64,000 bases of DNA, from the NCBI GenBank assembly GCA_044892525.1, contig CM097885.1:3536001-3600000 (forward strand), read 5' to 3'. Shown here piece after piece: positions 63,516 to 64,000 of this stretch (positions are counted from its first letter, which is position 1; each line of letters starts with the position of its first letter). The notes under the pieces are model-generated. The model saw nothing but the letters and a program-made list of their open reading frames with translations, searched no databases and was not told the origin of the DNA. Source of the stretch: Schmidtea polychroa. Taxonomy: Eukaryota. Position numbers and translations under genes: made by a program.

Positions 63516-64000
63516 TTACTCCGTTCTACCCTTCTCCTCTTTCCTCACGGTCATCTTGATATATATGGTATCATTTCTCGCCATATCTTCTACTCTTTGT
63601 TGTGAGATGAACGTAGGTGCTCCTGTTGCTGATCCTTCTTCGTTGAGGGGCCTCTGGTAAGCTATTTGATTCCCCGTTGTTTTGAAGCTTTGCTCATGTA
63701 TACTTCGGTTGTTCATCAGAGTAATATCGATTTTTGCCTGGAACGGCCATTCTAATATTTCGTCGTATTCTCCTTTACATAACAGAAAGAAAATCGAAAA
63801 GTGCGTATCTAATCCGGTTCCGTCCCCGTTGGGATATATCTTCATTTTCATTTTGTACCCATTTTTCCAAGAATGGAATGTAGGACTTGTTATTCTTGTC
63901 TCTTCTCCGGTTTTTGCTTTTCGTATTCTTTCTTTTACTCCCGTTATTTTCCATATGTAGGGTGCTGTTGGGGTTATCTCATTTAGATTTATTTCCCGTA
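63516..64000 (-). CDS. TRAF-type MATH domain protein, 5' end beyond the window
   Basis: YIWKITG...SPTFHSWKNGYKMKMKIYPNGDGTGLDTHFSIFFLLCKGEYDEILEWPF....DITLMN...NDTIYIK. Confidence 0.9.
   Translation of the reverse strand, partial: REINLNEITPTAPYIWKITGVKERIRKAKTGEETRITSPTFHSWKNGYKMKMKIYPNGDGTGLDTHFSIFFLLCKGEYDEILEWPFQAKIDITLMNNRSIHEQSFKTTGNQIAYQRPLNEEGSATGAPTFISQQRVEDMARNDTIYIKMTVRKEEKGRTE

Overview
Very AT-rich eukaryotic DNA. It has (ATT)n and (AT)n microsatellites and 41-50 nt spliceosomal introns, which resembles a flatworm/planarian genome, but the host is not provable from sequence. 1-11674 is the right-hand part of a decaying Polinton/Maverick (adintovirus-like) element: PLA2-integrase, A32-like ATPase, adenain protease, minor capsid, pPolB, and a Pol III-type small RNA cassette. 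The main discovery is two independent insertions (14961-24931 and 31394-43183) of a giant palindromic element. Each has AGTAGT termini and its own perfect 6-bp target-site duplication. The intact insertion B consists of two ~5 kb inverted arms, each carrying the same protein-primed DNA polymerase gene, around a ~1.4 kb non-coding tandem-repeat core; insertion A has the same layout with a truncated right arm. Neither carries an integrase, capsid, ATPase or protease. The polymerase gene is split by six short GT-AG introns, all phase 1, and the first one splits the start codon (A|TG). The repaired spliced consensus encodes 1236 aa. Insertion B lies inside one intron of a host p120/delta-catenin-like gene. 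The window also holds two near-complete Buster-type hAT transposons, a hATm fragment, an intronless cytochrome P450, and a compact intronless minus-strand gene cluster with a TRAF/MATH-domain gene at the right edge.
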